A DNA stretch of 63,243 nt, the filler included, from Hausera hauseri (lineage: Eukaryota), in assembly GCA_046269625.1 (NCBI GenBank). It is 12 parts of 12 records of this genome, joined end to end, with 100 filler letters (N's around TTAATTAATTAA, not from the genome) between each part and the next. Parts side by side here need not be neighbours in the genome. Positions count along the whole stretch, not along the records: positions 35,912 to 40,438 come from JBJURY010541120.1; positions 40,539 to 46,772 come from JBJURY010121650.1; positions 46,873 to 52,499 come from JBJURY010218077.1; 9 more parts are not named here. The stretch is one strand, 5' to 3'. A program made the position numbers and the translations under genes. Under the pieces are notes generated by a model. That model was not told where the DNA came from. It saw nothing but the letters and a program-made list of their open reading frames with translations, and ran no database searches. Numbering within the stretch: position 1 is the stretch's first letter; each line of letters opens with the position of its first letter. This document shows positions 38,451 to 51,507 of the stretch, in pieces.

Positions 38451-39418
38451 AATATTTCGAGTTTCAGAGAAATTTCATGTTATCCGGCTATATTATTTAA
38501 TAATCGACGATTTTCAAAATAAAAACAATTCGCGCTAAGTAAATATTCAATAGAATCGCTAAAATCCTTTCAGTCATGAGTCGACCCAGATATAGTTAAT
38601 TCAAATCCCAGTGTCTTAAACGGCTGAAGTCAATTATTTTCAAATCGAGATACTACATATATTTGTACATTACTTTGCGTGTATAAAGCTTTTTTGAGAA
38701 AAACAAAATTTGTTTAAATAATGTAAAGTTATTTTCTTGAAGTTGTAAACTTTGAATAAAAATTGATTTTTGTCATTTTGATTTATTAACTGTTCAGTTG
38801 AAAATTTTACGTATTGAATCTACCATTTCAGTTCGATCTTCCTTCTACAAATTTTTCTGAACTTTAATTACTTTTCTTACTGAATCTTGGATCGGTCGTT
38901 CTACAAGCTCATTTTTGTGCATTCGCCTGCTATGTGATAATAAACTATATAATTTAGTGTCAGAAATAAATCATTGTTTATACAATCTTCCATTTCGTAC
39001 TCGTATAATGATGACTGTAAATATGGACAATAACAAAATAATCAGTTCTGCAATTATATTAAACAATAAATTCAGTAATATTCATAATATGAAACCGATG
39101 AATGCAAAATCTTTATCGAAATAAATTGCAATTCGTGTAATATTCCATCGTACGCGGATTTACAGTCGTTACAAGGGTTACAACAAGGTACTATCCCCAA
39201 TATTACCCCGTTGGATAAGGCAGAAGAATTCGTTTCGGGACAGGACGCTATTACGTCGTTAACAACGTCACCAGTGACAGTTGATGTCGTACCGGATACT
39301 CTAATGGATGACGGTGCGTGGCAGAATTTAACAATTGCGGATATTTTTTGGAATACACAATTAGTGCCAGATAACATTTTTTTCAACTGTCATTACAAAA
39401 CCATTGCCTTATAATTGC

Positions 39419-40431
39419 ATGCCGTCTGAAGTCGCTTTTATACATATCGGTCAGTTTGGTGTGAAGTGTGCCAGTGCACAGTGGGAATTATTATGTCTTG
39501 AACACACTATTAATCCAGATGGACTAAAACATTAACAGATAATGATTTAGCTGACGAACCTGATCGAACGGCAGTATTATTCCAACCAGTAAACCACTGT
39601 AAGTTGAATCCAAGAACGATACTTGTCTATTCAGAGTCCACATGCATAAACGATATTAAAACTGGTGCATATCGAAATATTTTTAGTGGAGAATCAATGA
39701 TTACTAATTGTAAAGATTTCGGTAACAATTTTGCGCCAGGAAGTCTCAATTCTAGTGTACGACTAATAAGATTGTTTCCACTGCGGCTATTTAAACTAGC
39801 TAAAATGACGCATAATTTGGATGCATTTATCGTCATTAACACTATGAGTGGTGGTACGGGATCTGGAGTTGGTGCGTTGATAATGCTGAAATTATCCTTT
39901 GATTACCCCGAAACAAACCAAATACAATTGGCATTATTTCTCAGCCCGATAATGTCTACGGCGATTGTTGAACCATATAATAGCGTATTCCGTAGTCATA
40001 CAACACTAGATACGTGTGATTTGTGTATACTTTTTGATAACGAAGCTCTTTATGATGTTTGTAAATATCTATTGTTCATGAATTCACCTAATTATCCTAA
40101 TCTCAATCGAATAATATCTCTAATGATTAGCTTATCTACAGCATCAGCGCGATTTGAAACAACGATGAATTCTGGTTTGAAAAAAATGCATACAAATTTA
40201 ATACCGTATCGAGGGATGCACCACGCAATAATGAGACATTCTCCAATTCTGCACGCAACACGAATTAAGTATGCCAGTCCATCGATCGAACAAATTGCAA
40301 AACGTGTCTCCTTGAAAGATCACCAAATGACTAAAACTGACTTAAATAAAGGGAAATTCATATTGATTGCTATGAACTATCGCGGTGCAGTTAAGCCTAG
40401 AGATGTCACGATGGCAATTCAGAAATGCTGA
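39419..40431 (+). pseudogene. Highly divergent alpha-tubulin
   Basis: [14 protein letters not shown]...[48 protein letters not shown] and YRGAVKPRDV. Frameshift near 39535 and an early stop. Confidence 0.85.
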
Positions 40432-42661
40432 GTAGCAANNNNNNNNNNNNNNNNNNNNNNNNNNNNNNNNNNNNNNNNNNNNTTAATTAATTAANNNNNN
40501 NNNNNNNNNNNNNNNNNNNNNNNNNNNNNNNNNNNNNNCAGGTCACCAAACAATACGGTATGCGGCAAACATTTCTCCCTCATATAACAAAATAACACCG
40601 CACAAAATTCTATTCACGACAGCAAAACCCAGTAGAAAATAACTAAGAACAATGTACCTTACGTGTACAAATTTCAGATTGAAACTATAAATAAACGCCC
40701 AAGATTATTATTAACTGATTCAAATCACATTTACGTCGTTTGAAATAATCAACGTATGACTCATAAATATGCTGAATTAATGTTCATTGCACCAACTTAG
40801 TTACCATACATAATTAAATACATGACAATCAAAAGAAACTGGTGACATGATATTAATCCTACGTTGGATTACATAATCTAACCTTACAAACATTATATAT
40901 TATTGGAGATAAGAATACTTTATTTGCAAGTCAACATATGAAATAGCCGGAAATCATAATAAATGTTTAATTCCAACTTAATTACGAGATGGATAAATTT
41001 ACATGTAAAATAAATGTGGATTTATTTGTCAATTAAAGGAAACTGTGCACTTTTTATCAACTTAACAAGTGATAAATTATTATCACAACAAAATGTACAT
41101 TAAAGTTTTGACTAAAATAAATGCAAATAGATATCAATGAAATTTCAGATTCTGATTATTGGCTTATTAACGTACGAAATAATTATTCAAATAATGGCCA
41201 TATATGAAAGGTTAAGTAATAGTAAAATCAGTATTGTACTGTAGACGAACAAACACCTAAGTAACAACAGTGTTTTCCAACACTAAAATGAAGTTTTCGT
41301 GTACAAACAATCACAAACTGCAAATTCATAATTTTATGTATGTCAGCGAAATAAAGCCAGAAAAATTGTATGACTCAGCCATTTATAAGGCAGAAAATTT
41401 GCAGAATGTATTTAATCTACGGTACTAAGGCTCTCAATGTACCTGAAAGTACATTATTTGTATCTAATTGCTGCCAACTAATTTTATACCAAATTAACGA
41501 CAACACGAATCTTACCAATTCTCTGTTAAATTTGTTTACCACAACTTTCAGTTATCGATAGCATCAATTTAACAGCATTCTTTTAAATCAAAAGTCGAAT
41601 TAAACTTCCGGTAAGTCGCATATGAATGGAGTATATTAGAAGTTCTGTTCAAATAACGTTTCAATAAGTGTTAATCTACCGAGACCAGCTTTACATGAGA
41701 GCGTATTAAAGTACATAAAATAATGCATTGCTTACCAACATAAAATATTAAACGGAAATCCTTGATAAGTAATACGGAAGAGTATGAAAATTAACAAAGC
41801 CATTAACTTTCAATGTTTTCATCTATAATTTACGAAAAGTGTAAATAAAAATTATATAAAAATTATAAAAAAGGCCAAATCATTTTAAGAAAAAAAGTGA
41901 AAATAATTACCACAAAAAATTCAAAATCGTTACTAAGTACACAAAAAATCAGTACATAAAATTATTGAATATTTAAACAAATTTTAATGTTTTCCGTTTG
42001 AAAAGAACCAATTTTTTTGTAATTTCATACTCATTTCACAATAACATTAAGTATAAATATATTTTAATTTCTTTTATGTTGGAATTGTGGGAAATTTAAT
42101 ATCGTAAAGGAGGTTCAAAAACTCCACGTGTAATTTACTCATCAACGTCCGATAAATTTTCAATGGACAAATATAAATACGCCGGCAATTCCGTTAAAAC
42201 TGAAATACAACATCTTAATATTCATACCAAAAAATCTTTACGAACAATTTTACCGATTCGCAAATATCTATTTTGTTTTCATTTCTATCCTCAATCAGTG
42301 TGTTATATGTTGACGTGCACAAATTATTTTTACAACAAAAGTTGCAAATCCTTTTACGTTGTTTTCAAATGCATAACAGTAATTCATATATAATGTTTTT
42401 ATTTTAGGTGGCTTTATAAAAAAGTTTTCCATATAATATTAACTTAGTGGTATTTCTAAATTCGAAACTTTCACATTATAGAATGTTAATCAGTATTGTA
42501 CAATCTTTTCCAACGTTGCAATTCAAAGTTCTTTTTGGAAATAGGATAACTTTCGAAATTGAATAATCAACTGCTAAACTTCAAATTAACTATGAACTAG
42601 CTAATACTATAAAACCAATCAATCGCTATGAACACCACACATCAAAAGAACGGGGGAGTAT

Positions 42662-43632
42662 TGTAAAGCTTTGCTTTACAAACAAAAAATAATAAGTGCA
42701 AAAAATAAACAAGTCGCGAATTCGCCCAAAAATATAGGTAACAAAATCTGGATTAAAACCTATTTGTTTAAATCTGCAGATGAGTAGAAGAGTTGAACTT
42801 TTCGAAATAGGGGAAATCCACAACTTCACCAATCCTTGTCGTTGACATCGTCATCGTTAGCCACAGACGCCACTGCAACATAGTCATCATTACCCATAAC
42901 AAATTGAATAAACGATCTACCGACATTACCCGATCTACTAGATGATTCAGCAATACTGATCATTGACGATGGCAATTACTGACATTACGACGAACCCATC
43001 ATTTATCAATTCGTTATGGAACTTGTCCATCGGCTCGACTACGTCACGTGATCTCCTCACAACTGACGAAAGCTCATCAGCACACGATTGCTGTCGGTCA
43101 TACCGTCATAAATACCTCTTCGTTTTCACATGGACAAACCTGTCAACAGTAATTTCCATCTTCGCTATCAGATATCAAATACAAATTCAATCGAATGGAT
43201 GCAGATATAAACGCAGATAATTTCCTGATCAATTTCTTTAATATTCATGTCATATTCATTTAGCTTTTCTGCAGATGGCCACACGCGACGCAAAAACGAA
43301 ACAACCAAACAGCGACAGCAGCAATCGTGAAGATGACAACGACAAATGAAATAAGGTTCACGCAAATGTTGTTTCAAAACAGACAAAACAACCTTAACCA
43401 AATACCACGTGGCGTCGAGGACGTCTCCGCCAACTTCTTACACGGTGTCGAGTTCAACTCCACCTAAACACGACGTCGAGATCACTTCGTCAACCTATAT
43501 TTTTTAAAATAAAACTTCTAATCGGAAGTTGTTGTTTCCCCACGTTTTCAATAGTTGTTTTATCGACTGCATTTTAGTAATTGTATTGTGCGACCTATAC
43601 AAGGCTTTTACCAAATACAAAAACCTCTAAAA
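42662..43632 (+). mobile_element. Putative LTR, preceded by a PPT and followed by a PBS
   Basis: aaaagaacgggggag (42644-42658) then TGT at 42662; TGGTGGCAGCG at 43633. No second LTR copy to confirm it. Confidence 0.4.
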
Positions 43633-43643
43633 TGGTGGCAGCG
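43633..43643 (+). promoter_or_regulatory. Primer-binding site complementary to the tRNA-Leu 3' end
   Basis: TGGTGGCAGCG directly upstream of a Gypsy gag. Confidence 0.65.
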
Positions 43644-43649
43644 AATACC

Positions 43650-44465
43650 GCACACACGTTCCTTTTGGACAGAACCATGGATATTCATCCGATTTCCATA
43701 TTATACACAGCCGTTGATAGCAATCCGGCTCAATACGGTTGAAATTAAACCGGTTAATACATGCATTAGTGCCATCGAAAACAATCCGGCCACACATGAT
43801 ACATAACTAAATGTGATCACATAACTACCGCTGACGACATTGTCAGCAAATTCAAATTTAATTAGATAATGACAACGCGTAATATCGAACAAGTGCCAAT
43901 ATATTCTAGTCCTAACACGCGTCAACACCGTCAAATCGGAATACAAACTTGATTATATAATCCGTTCCACAATAGCACACACACCAAGCAACAGACGGGG
44001 AATATGAAACCGTCTGCTCTGCTTCACAAGTTACGCTCAGACTTGAGCAATGCTGAGTTGGACCTCCACACCAACCAGCACATACTACGGCGCTACTTCC
44101 TAAGTAGTTTGCCCAATCAAATTCAAGCGGCATTGGTGCTATTACCGCCCGATACCACTTTGGACGATATGGCATCAAAAGCCGACAAAATATACGAGTG
44201 CACTAAAGGCACCGTAGAATCCGCACTGACGGAAAGTATCCATTCCGTCACAACGACCCAGAAAAATCGGCTGGTCACCATTATCGCCGCAATGCAGGCA
44301 CTTATAACGCACGAAAATCCGCCTGCCAGAAACAAACCGTAATCTCGGCGCCAATCCCCCAATAGAAAGAAAGGCAAATTTTCCAACATTTGTCATTTCC
44401 ACACACAATTTGGCGAATCCGCCTATAAATGCTACCACGGTTGTCAATTTGATAAGCCATCTAAA
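43650..44465 (+). mobile_element. Decayed Ty3/Gypsy gag (DUF7041-type), with no pol following
   Basis: GNMKPSALLHKLR...FLSSLPNQIQAAL...LDDMASKADKIYE; zinc knuckle ICHFHTQFGESAYKCYHGCQF. Confidence 0.85.
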
Positions 44466-44954
44466 AACAAAAATGCAAGACACTTGCATTTATCACAACC
44501 ACTTTGGTCCAGATGCAAAAGTCTGTCGACCCGGCTGCAAATTTCACAAGCCGTGAAAAAACTAAATGGGCCCAGATGACCAACGACACGTCGACTGGAA
44601 ACCAAATCACCACAACTGGAGTATACAAATAGCGAACGCATTGCGTACGCTATTTTCTCCCTCGAGGCGAAGTTACTACACTGCTACATCTCTAAACAAA
44701 ACTATGAGAAAAGTGATTCATTCCATATGGACACTTACGTAGCACATGACCCAACCCCGGTCCAAACTGAAACAAATATTGCCCCAACGCCCATACTTCA
44801 GGAAACGGAACGTACAAATATACGCAACCAAACCCCTGCGGCACCGGTATCGAGTCGCACCAGGAGTGCATCAAAGATACCTAGACTTCATTAAAACTCG
44901 ACAGGCCCGACAGAAAGAGTACCCGATTATATGCAGCATGCACGTCGCATCAAA

Positions 44955-45026
44955 GCATGTGGGGATCAAACCCACAGTGTCGAATTGACACTCGCTCATT
45001 CCGCTTTTAATAAGCGACGAACACGC
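44955..45026 (-). ncRNA. tRNA-like structured element, copy A
   Basis: Stems cgcttatt/aatgagcg and gtgtc/gacac, T-arm-like gtggg-tttgatc-cccac, closed by gcgtg/catgc. Confidence 0.4.
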
Positions 45027-45247
45027 CACAGACAACCAGGCGAAGCATTAGCAGCTCACTGAGAAGTCGAACAATTTTCGATTTTACACGGTTAAAACCG
45101 TTGTCCCACTACGAATTTGCATTGTGCACAACCCCTTTTTAATGCCATTTCGTCGCCAAGCGCTCAACACAAAACCCATCGACACGGTCTACCTCGATAC
45201 CATTTACTAAAATACCTGGTTGCACGCAGCGCAAACGCTGCACCAAA

Positions 45248-45327
45248 ACATGTGGGTATCGAACCCACAGTGCCGATAACGGCACTCACTCATGCCGTTT
45301 TTCATGGGCTGCGATTGCGCTCCATGC
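45248..45327 (-). ncRNA. tRNA-like structured element, copy B
   Basis: Closing stem gcatg/catgt, a D-like mini-stem, catg-aaaaacgg-catg, gtgccg/cggcac, and T-arm gtggg-TTCGAta-cccac. Confidence 0.45.
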
Positions 45328-46003
45328 AACCAAGCAACGTACAGATTAACTTGACTCAAGTGCCAAATCGACAAACACTATAGCACTACCAAAAAACGTG
45401 TCTTCCATGCATAGTCAAGAGCACAAAATGACATCTACCATGACGCATCAAACAAAGTCGCCGTATAATCTACCATACAAAGGTTCGAATCTGACACGGT
45501 TAGCAAGTTATTCCATAACCGTTGTCTCACTACGGAACTCACATGTGCCACAATACGATTGTGTTCGCATTTCGTTGTCAGATTTGACACAAAAACTCTA
45601 CCGAGAAGGCGAAACATTCAATCTCGATCTGAACACACGCGGAATTTCGCTTCCCAGATCGCCAAAACCAACCAAATCCATAATAAGAAAAATGAAGCGA
45701 ACAGGTGCCGGTATCAGGCCCTTGGAACTAATATGTGGTGCTTTAAGTAAAAAGGAATTCTCTGCCTGTCAGTCAGTCAACATTTTGAAAGAGAAAATGA
45801 GCGAAGCTATAGAAATGAATGCTCAGCATATTACTCAGATATCACAAATACTAGAATTCCTTAAATGTTATTATACAAAACTTAGTCAAGAAAATTAGAA
45901 GTATACATATGTAATAATCAATGATACCAGCTAATGTGCATATTAATTATGCAAAAAACTATTGGTACCACAATTTCTGCTCTCATCATGGACAAATTCT
46001 CAC

Positions 46004-46079
46004 CTTTTTCCATAGTTGGACACTAGTTTTTAGTGTTCTCAAATAGTGGTGATGAACTGCTCTGACGGCATTTACAGCT
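46004..46079 (-). CDS. Isolated 76-nt exon, possibly an SFI1-like centrin-binding repeat
   Basis: Flanked by tttctcttcag and gtgaga. It encodes AVNAVRAVHHHYLRTLKTSVQLWKK, close to the Ax7LLx3F/Lx2WK consensus. Confidence 0.3.
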
Positions 46080-47342
46080 CTGAAGAGAAATCAAAACAGC
46101 AGACATGTTAAGAGCAATGTATTTGTATATGTGAAATTTCTATTGTAATGAAGTCTTTCGTTTAGATCGTTTTCACATCATCAAGATCAATTTCACTTAC
46201 AAATATGGCAGTCTTTCTCTGTCACCATATACAACAGTAACTGTACAATTGCTAACCAAATACAAGGTCATGGATTTAATTCCCAGCAGTGGAGGGTTGA
46301 ATATCTTCAACCAAAATGGCTCAGAGACCTCACCTTACCTCAAAAACTGGGCACCAGTGAGAGCCTTTAGAAAAATAAGGTGGCCTCACTTGTTGTTGGT
46401 CAAGGAAAAAAATGGACACCAACTCTGCATTTCCCTATAAACATTTAGGCAAGACAGGGTAAGTTTAGTTTTATATAATTTCTTTGTAGTTAGGTTTGGG
46501 TTAAGTATATTTAGTTAGTCAGATCATCATCATTGCACACAGGGCAAGTCCAGAGGTGCTCTGAATATATCCATAACACACAACGGTAGACAATTCTGGT
46601 TTGCTGTTAGTTAGGGTTGAGTATATCCTTTGCTTCACCGATTCATGAAATTGACATTTCTGGAGAACTGACTATGTGTGCTCAATTTTCATTTTGTGGA
46701 ACAGTTGGTGCCTCAGCCTGCAGTGTACTGTTCTTAATAAGAGTCTTACAATTTAGTTGTTTGTCTAACTTGNNNNNNNNNNNNNNNNNNNNNNNNNNNN
46801 NNNNNNNNNNNNNNNNTTAATTAATTAANNNNNNNNNNNNNNNNNNNNNNNNNNNNNNNNNNNNNNNNNNNNAAGGTGTAAAAGTCCAATACACCATTAA
46901 ATCAATATATAGTGCACAAGTACGTGTGAACAATACATAGTGTTGAAAACTAACCCACTATTAAAAATGTGTTTTGTTTTAATGCATCAATTATTAAATA
47001 TACATAAATGTAGACAACACGTGTTGATATGGTTATATCTTTTATTATTTCAAAATGCCTATTCAAAATTGTGCTGTCAAATTGACAAATGCATAGAAAC
47101 AAAATGTTGTAGAATATTTAAAAATGATATATATTGCCGGAATTACCCTACTATATATTTCCTTACATGTATGTTTTTTTCTGCATCAATATCATATATT
47201 AGACATATATATTATGTATATATAGTAGAAATTCAAATCCAGAAAATCTATCAAAATGATCAATGGAAAAGTCTTAAAAGAAGCAAATGCTTTACAAAGT
47301 GGATAAGCCAATTCAGAAGAAGGAGAATCGAGATCTGATGCT

Positions 47343-50300
47343 GTGCAAGGAAATAGTGCACAAGTATTTAATGCGCAATTCCATGCAGCGTACGGATATA
47401 ATGCGCAATCCATTGATATCAAGTACTACAGTTATACTTTTAATAGAACTGTATACTATGTATGCTCCAGATGTGAAACGATAAGCAAAACGCATGAAGA
47501 ATTTCAATATCATGCCTACCATCTGGAATATTTTGCAGCAAAATCCAAGAAGCATATATTCCGTTCAAATATGCTATCTTTGCATAATGCTGAAAAATCG
47601 AATAGTCAAAGGTATCCAACATACACCTACTGCACATCAGCAGCACATAATCCGGAGGATTGCCACAGAGTGATGCGGCAATATTATGGGCAGAAATACT
47701 ATGGACTGGACTATTACATATGTCCAGTATGCGAGACTGTGACCGGCGCTGAATAGTCACAGTTCTACACAAACCATAGAGTCAACCTTGCCCACTTCCG
47801 GAGCAAATCGAAGAGGTCTATATTCAGTGCAGTACGTCATGTTGTAGAAGATGTTCCCGCAGATGTTCCAGCAGATGTTCCGCAGATGTTCCAGCAGATG
47901 TCCCCGCAGATGTTCCCGCAGATGTTCCCGCAGATGTTCCCGCAGATGTTCCAGCAGATGTTCCAGCAGATGTTCCCGCAGATGTTCCAGCAGATGTTCT
48001 AGCAGATGTTCCAACAGATATTCCCGCAGATCTTCCAGCAGATGTTCACACAGATGTTCCCGCAGATGTTCCAGTAAATGTTCCAGCAGCCGTTTCCGCA
48101 TCAACAACATCAGCGCAGTGCAGTGGATCTCAGGCGCAGCATATGGATCCATCTGCAAAGCGCAAGAAACAAGGTGCTGCGTCAGCCACTAATGCCCCAC
48201 CTTAAAGTCCGAGGCAGCGGCTTGTTGATTCCTCTGCACTCGGAGGTAAGGTCCGCAAATATATAATTGACGCAACAGGTCAACCAACCCTCAATGAGTT
48301 CCTGGACTATGAAGCAATTTGGCGGAACTCAAGGCCCTTCAAGTCAACCTTAAGTTAAAGGCAGCATACAGTAATGTCGATGGCGAAATATCAAATCGGG
48401 CCTTCAGGACGAAGAATAGGCCGATAATGCAGTCTACCAACATTCAGGAATGGATCAATCAGTAATATACAAAACTTCTCCATGAAGCTGAGGAGAGCCA
48501 CGATAAGGGCAGCGGCTGGGCTCTCATCAGTCAAGCTATTGCTGATTCATGTACACAAGTACAGCCCGATGAAAGGTAGCTCCTATATAGAGCTCCCAGA
48601 GTAGATCCGCAAGAAGAAAGCATGTGTAAATGTGCACAATCAGGACAACATGTGCTTTAAATATGCCATCTTGTCGAAACTCATAGCCGATGAACATAAT
48701 GTCTCGCGGATTTGGTTGCACAATGACCTACGGCATAGCTAAGATTTTGATTGCACCACGTTTCCACCAACTCTGGAGGAAATCAAGAAATTTGCACGAG
48801 TGAACTATATGTCCATTAATATATTTGCAGTGGACGAAATAAATAGTTTCTATCCCTTAAACGTGTGTGAGGTGGAACGTGATGAACATAGGGATCATCT
48901 CATGATAGACGATGGTGATAAGAGCCACAACGTATGGATAAACAATTTCGAACGCCTCGTCAGATTACAAAAAATCATAGAGAAATTACAGTATGCAAAC
49001 GCTGTTTGCCACATTTTAGCGGCGAGGGTGCTGAGGAGAAGCTCAAGAAACATAGGATGTACTGCAATAAAAACTATTGCATCCGGACTGAATTTCCTGA
49101 GGAAGATTATATCGAGTTCCAGGAGTACGAAAAAATACTCAAAGTGCCAGTAGTTATATACTGCGACTTTGAAGCGATCCTCAGACCAGTGCACAGTTGT
49201 AGTCCAAATCCTCAATGGAGTAGCACAACGGCATACCAGCAGCATGAGTTATCATCATACTGTATGTATGCCAAAGGACTCGATGCGGAGCCATTCTTAT
49301 TCAGGGGTCCAAATGCAGCAGCACACTTCATAAAGCGATTGGAGGATGTGGTCCACAAAATTGAAGAGATTCGACAGAAGCATAAAGAAACAAATGTGAT
49401 GTCGTCATCAGAGAAGCGCAATTTGCATATGGCAACATCATGCTACCTATGCAAAGGCCCATTTACAATGGAGAACAGGAAGGTAAGGGTTCATTGCCAT
49501 GTAACCGGCAAATACAGAGGTGCAGCTTGCAACAATTGCAACCTGCGCTGTAAAACCTGTTCACAAGTCCCCGTCATGTTCCACAATCTCAGTGGATATG
49601 ACTCACATTTCATTATTCGTAAATTGGGCAACATGAAGGGTGACATTCAGGTGATCATGAATAGTGAAGAGAAATATATCTCATTTACTAAATATGTGGG
49701 CCACACCAGACTTAATTTATCGACAGTTATCGTTTTATAGCATCGTCACTGGACAGCCTGGTCAAAAATCTACCAGAAAACGAGTTGAAGGAAACGAAGA
49801 AGTTCTTCCCAACAACTTTCGATTTAGGCAAACGGAAGGGTGTTTTCCCCTATGATTATATAACTTCAGCTTCCGGAATGGGCAACACTTCCAGCTAAGA
49901 AAGACTTCTACAGCCAGCTGTCAGACACAGATATCAGTGATACTGATTATGAACACGCACAGAGAGTCTGGCAGACATTCAAATGCAGGACAATTGGAGA
50001 TTATACCGATGTATATCGCCAAACAGACGTGCTGCTGCTCACAGACGTCTTCGAGAGGTTCAGAGACGTTACAGTTGCGAGTCACAAGCTGGATCAGTCT
50101 CATTTCTTTACTGTCCCTGGAATGAGTTGGGCAGCAATGCTCAGATATACGGGTGTCCGGTTGCAAATTCTAAAGGACTATAACATGGTCCTCATGATCG
50201 AGCGAGGAATCAGGGGAGGAATCTGCCAGGCCATTCACAGGTATAGTGAGGCCAACAATACTTATATGGCAGATTATGATGCATTGAAACTATCACAATA

Positions 50301-51507
50301 CGTCACATACCTAGATGCCAACAACCTATATGGCTGGGCAATGAGCAACCCATTACCATACTGCAATTTTCAATGGGATGAGCAGCCGGAGGAGATCAAG
50401 ATCCAGGACCTGTACCCAAATGGAGATGTTGGATACCAATTGGAGGTAGATGTGGAATACCCCAATGATATCCACAAAAGGCATGAACAGCTGCCTTTCC
50501 TCCCAGACAGCAAACAGCCGCCAAACGGAAAATTTAAAAATTGCTCTGTCATATGGAGAACAAAGAGAGATATGTTGCACATTACATTAATCTCCAGCAG
50601 GCGATAAAGAATGGACTCCGCATCACGAAGATCCATCGAAACCTCCGATTCAGTCAATCCAGGTGGCTGCAACCGTATATCGGTTTTAACACAAAGCTGA
50701 GGACAGAAGCGAAAAATGACTTCGAAAAGGACCAGTACAAGTTGAACAACAATAGTATGTTCGGAAAAACAATGGAGAACAATCAGGAACCGAATAAATA
50801 TAGAGCTGGTCTGTGATTGGAAGAAAACGAAAAAACTAATTGCGAAGCCCAACTTTTACAGAAGTATTATATAGGGAGAAAACCTCGTCAGTATCCATAT
50901 GTTCAAGACGAGCATGGAATTCAGTAAGCCCATATATGTTGGCATGTCCATACTGGAAATATCGAAGATACTAATGTATAATTTCCATTATGACATAATA
51001 GTGTCAACATTCAACAAAGGGCTGCAGCTAATATACATGGATACGGACTCTTTCGTGTATCGGATTTAAACGGAGGACATGTATGATGACTTTGCAAGAT
51101 TAGCTGCCCATATGAATACATCAGATTACTCTAAAGAACACAGAAATTATTCTGTGATGAATAAGAAGGTCCTGGGCAAGTTCAAGGACGAAGTCAATGT
51201 AATTATAATATCGAGGTTTGTGGCTTTTCGGTCAAAAATGTACGCCATCGATGTGTGCGGACAAATCAAGAAACGGGCAAAGGGGGAACAAAAATCAACA
51301 CTGGCCAGGAACATAACATTTGATGATTATGTGCGGGTGCTGCGGGATCAATGCAATATAAAGTCCGAAATGAAAAGGATACAGTCCAGAGAACATAAGA
51401 TCAAAACAGTTAAGTTGGTGAAGAAAAGCTTGGACTGGTACGACGACAAGCGACGGATAATTGAGGATGGCATTAGAACACTGCCTCATGGCTACGTGCA
51501 GCTGTAA
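47343..51507 (+). mobile_element. Polinton/Maverick (adintovirus-like) protein-primed DNA polymerase B, decayed, with an N-terminal zinc-finger/repeat region and an endonuclease-VII-like insert
   Basis: GSGW...GSSYIELP; IYCDFEA (ExoI); HCHVTGKYRGAACNNCN; FHNLSGYDSHFII (ExoII); YLDANNLYGWAM (motif A); [14 protein letters not shown] (motif B); YMDTDS (motif C); LGKFKDE. Many frameshifts. Confidence 0.9.
47849..48088 (+). repeat. 12-bp minisatellite (agatgttccmgc), about 20 units, encoding (DVPA)n in one frame
   Basis: Tandem units are directly visible; one 11-bp unit shifts the frame. Confidence 0.92.

Noticed and set aside
40539-42640. Short ORFs in an AT-rich stretch
   Set aside because: No recognisable motifs; consistent with noncoding DNA.
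46249-46292. tRNA/SINE-like fragment (aaggtcatggatttaattccc)
   Set aside because: Too short and degenerate to support.
47757-48192. ORFs with (EHLL)n or (RCSR)n repeats
   Set aside because: Alternative frames of the 12-bp minisatellite.
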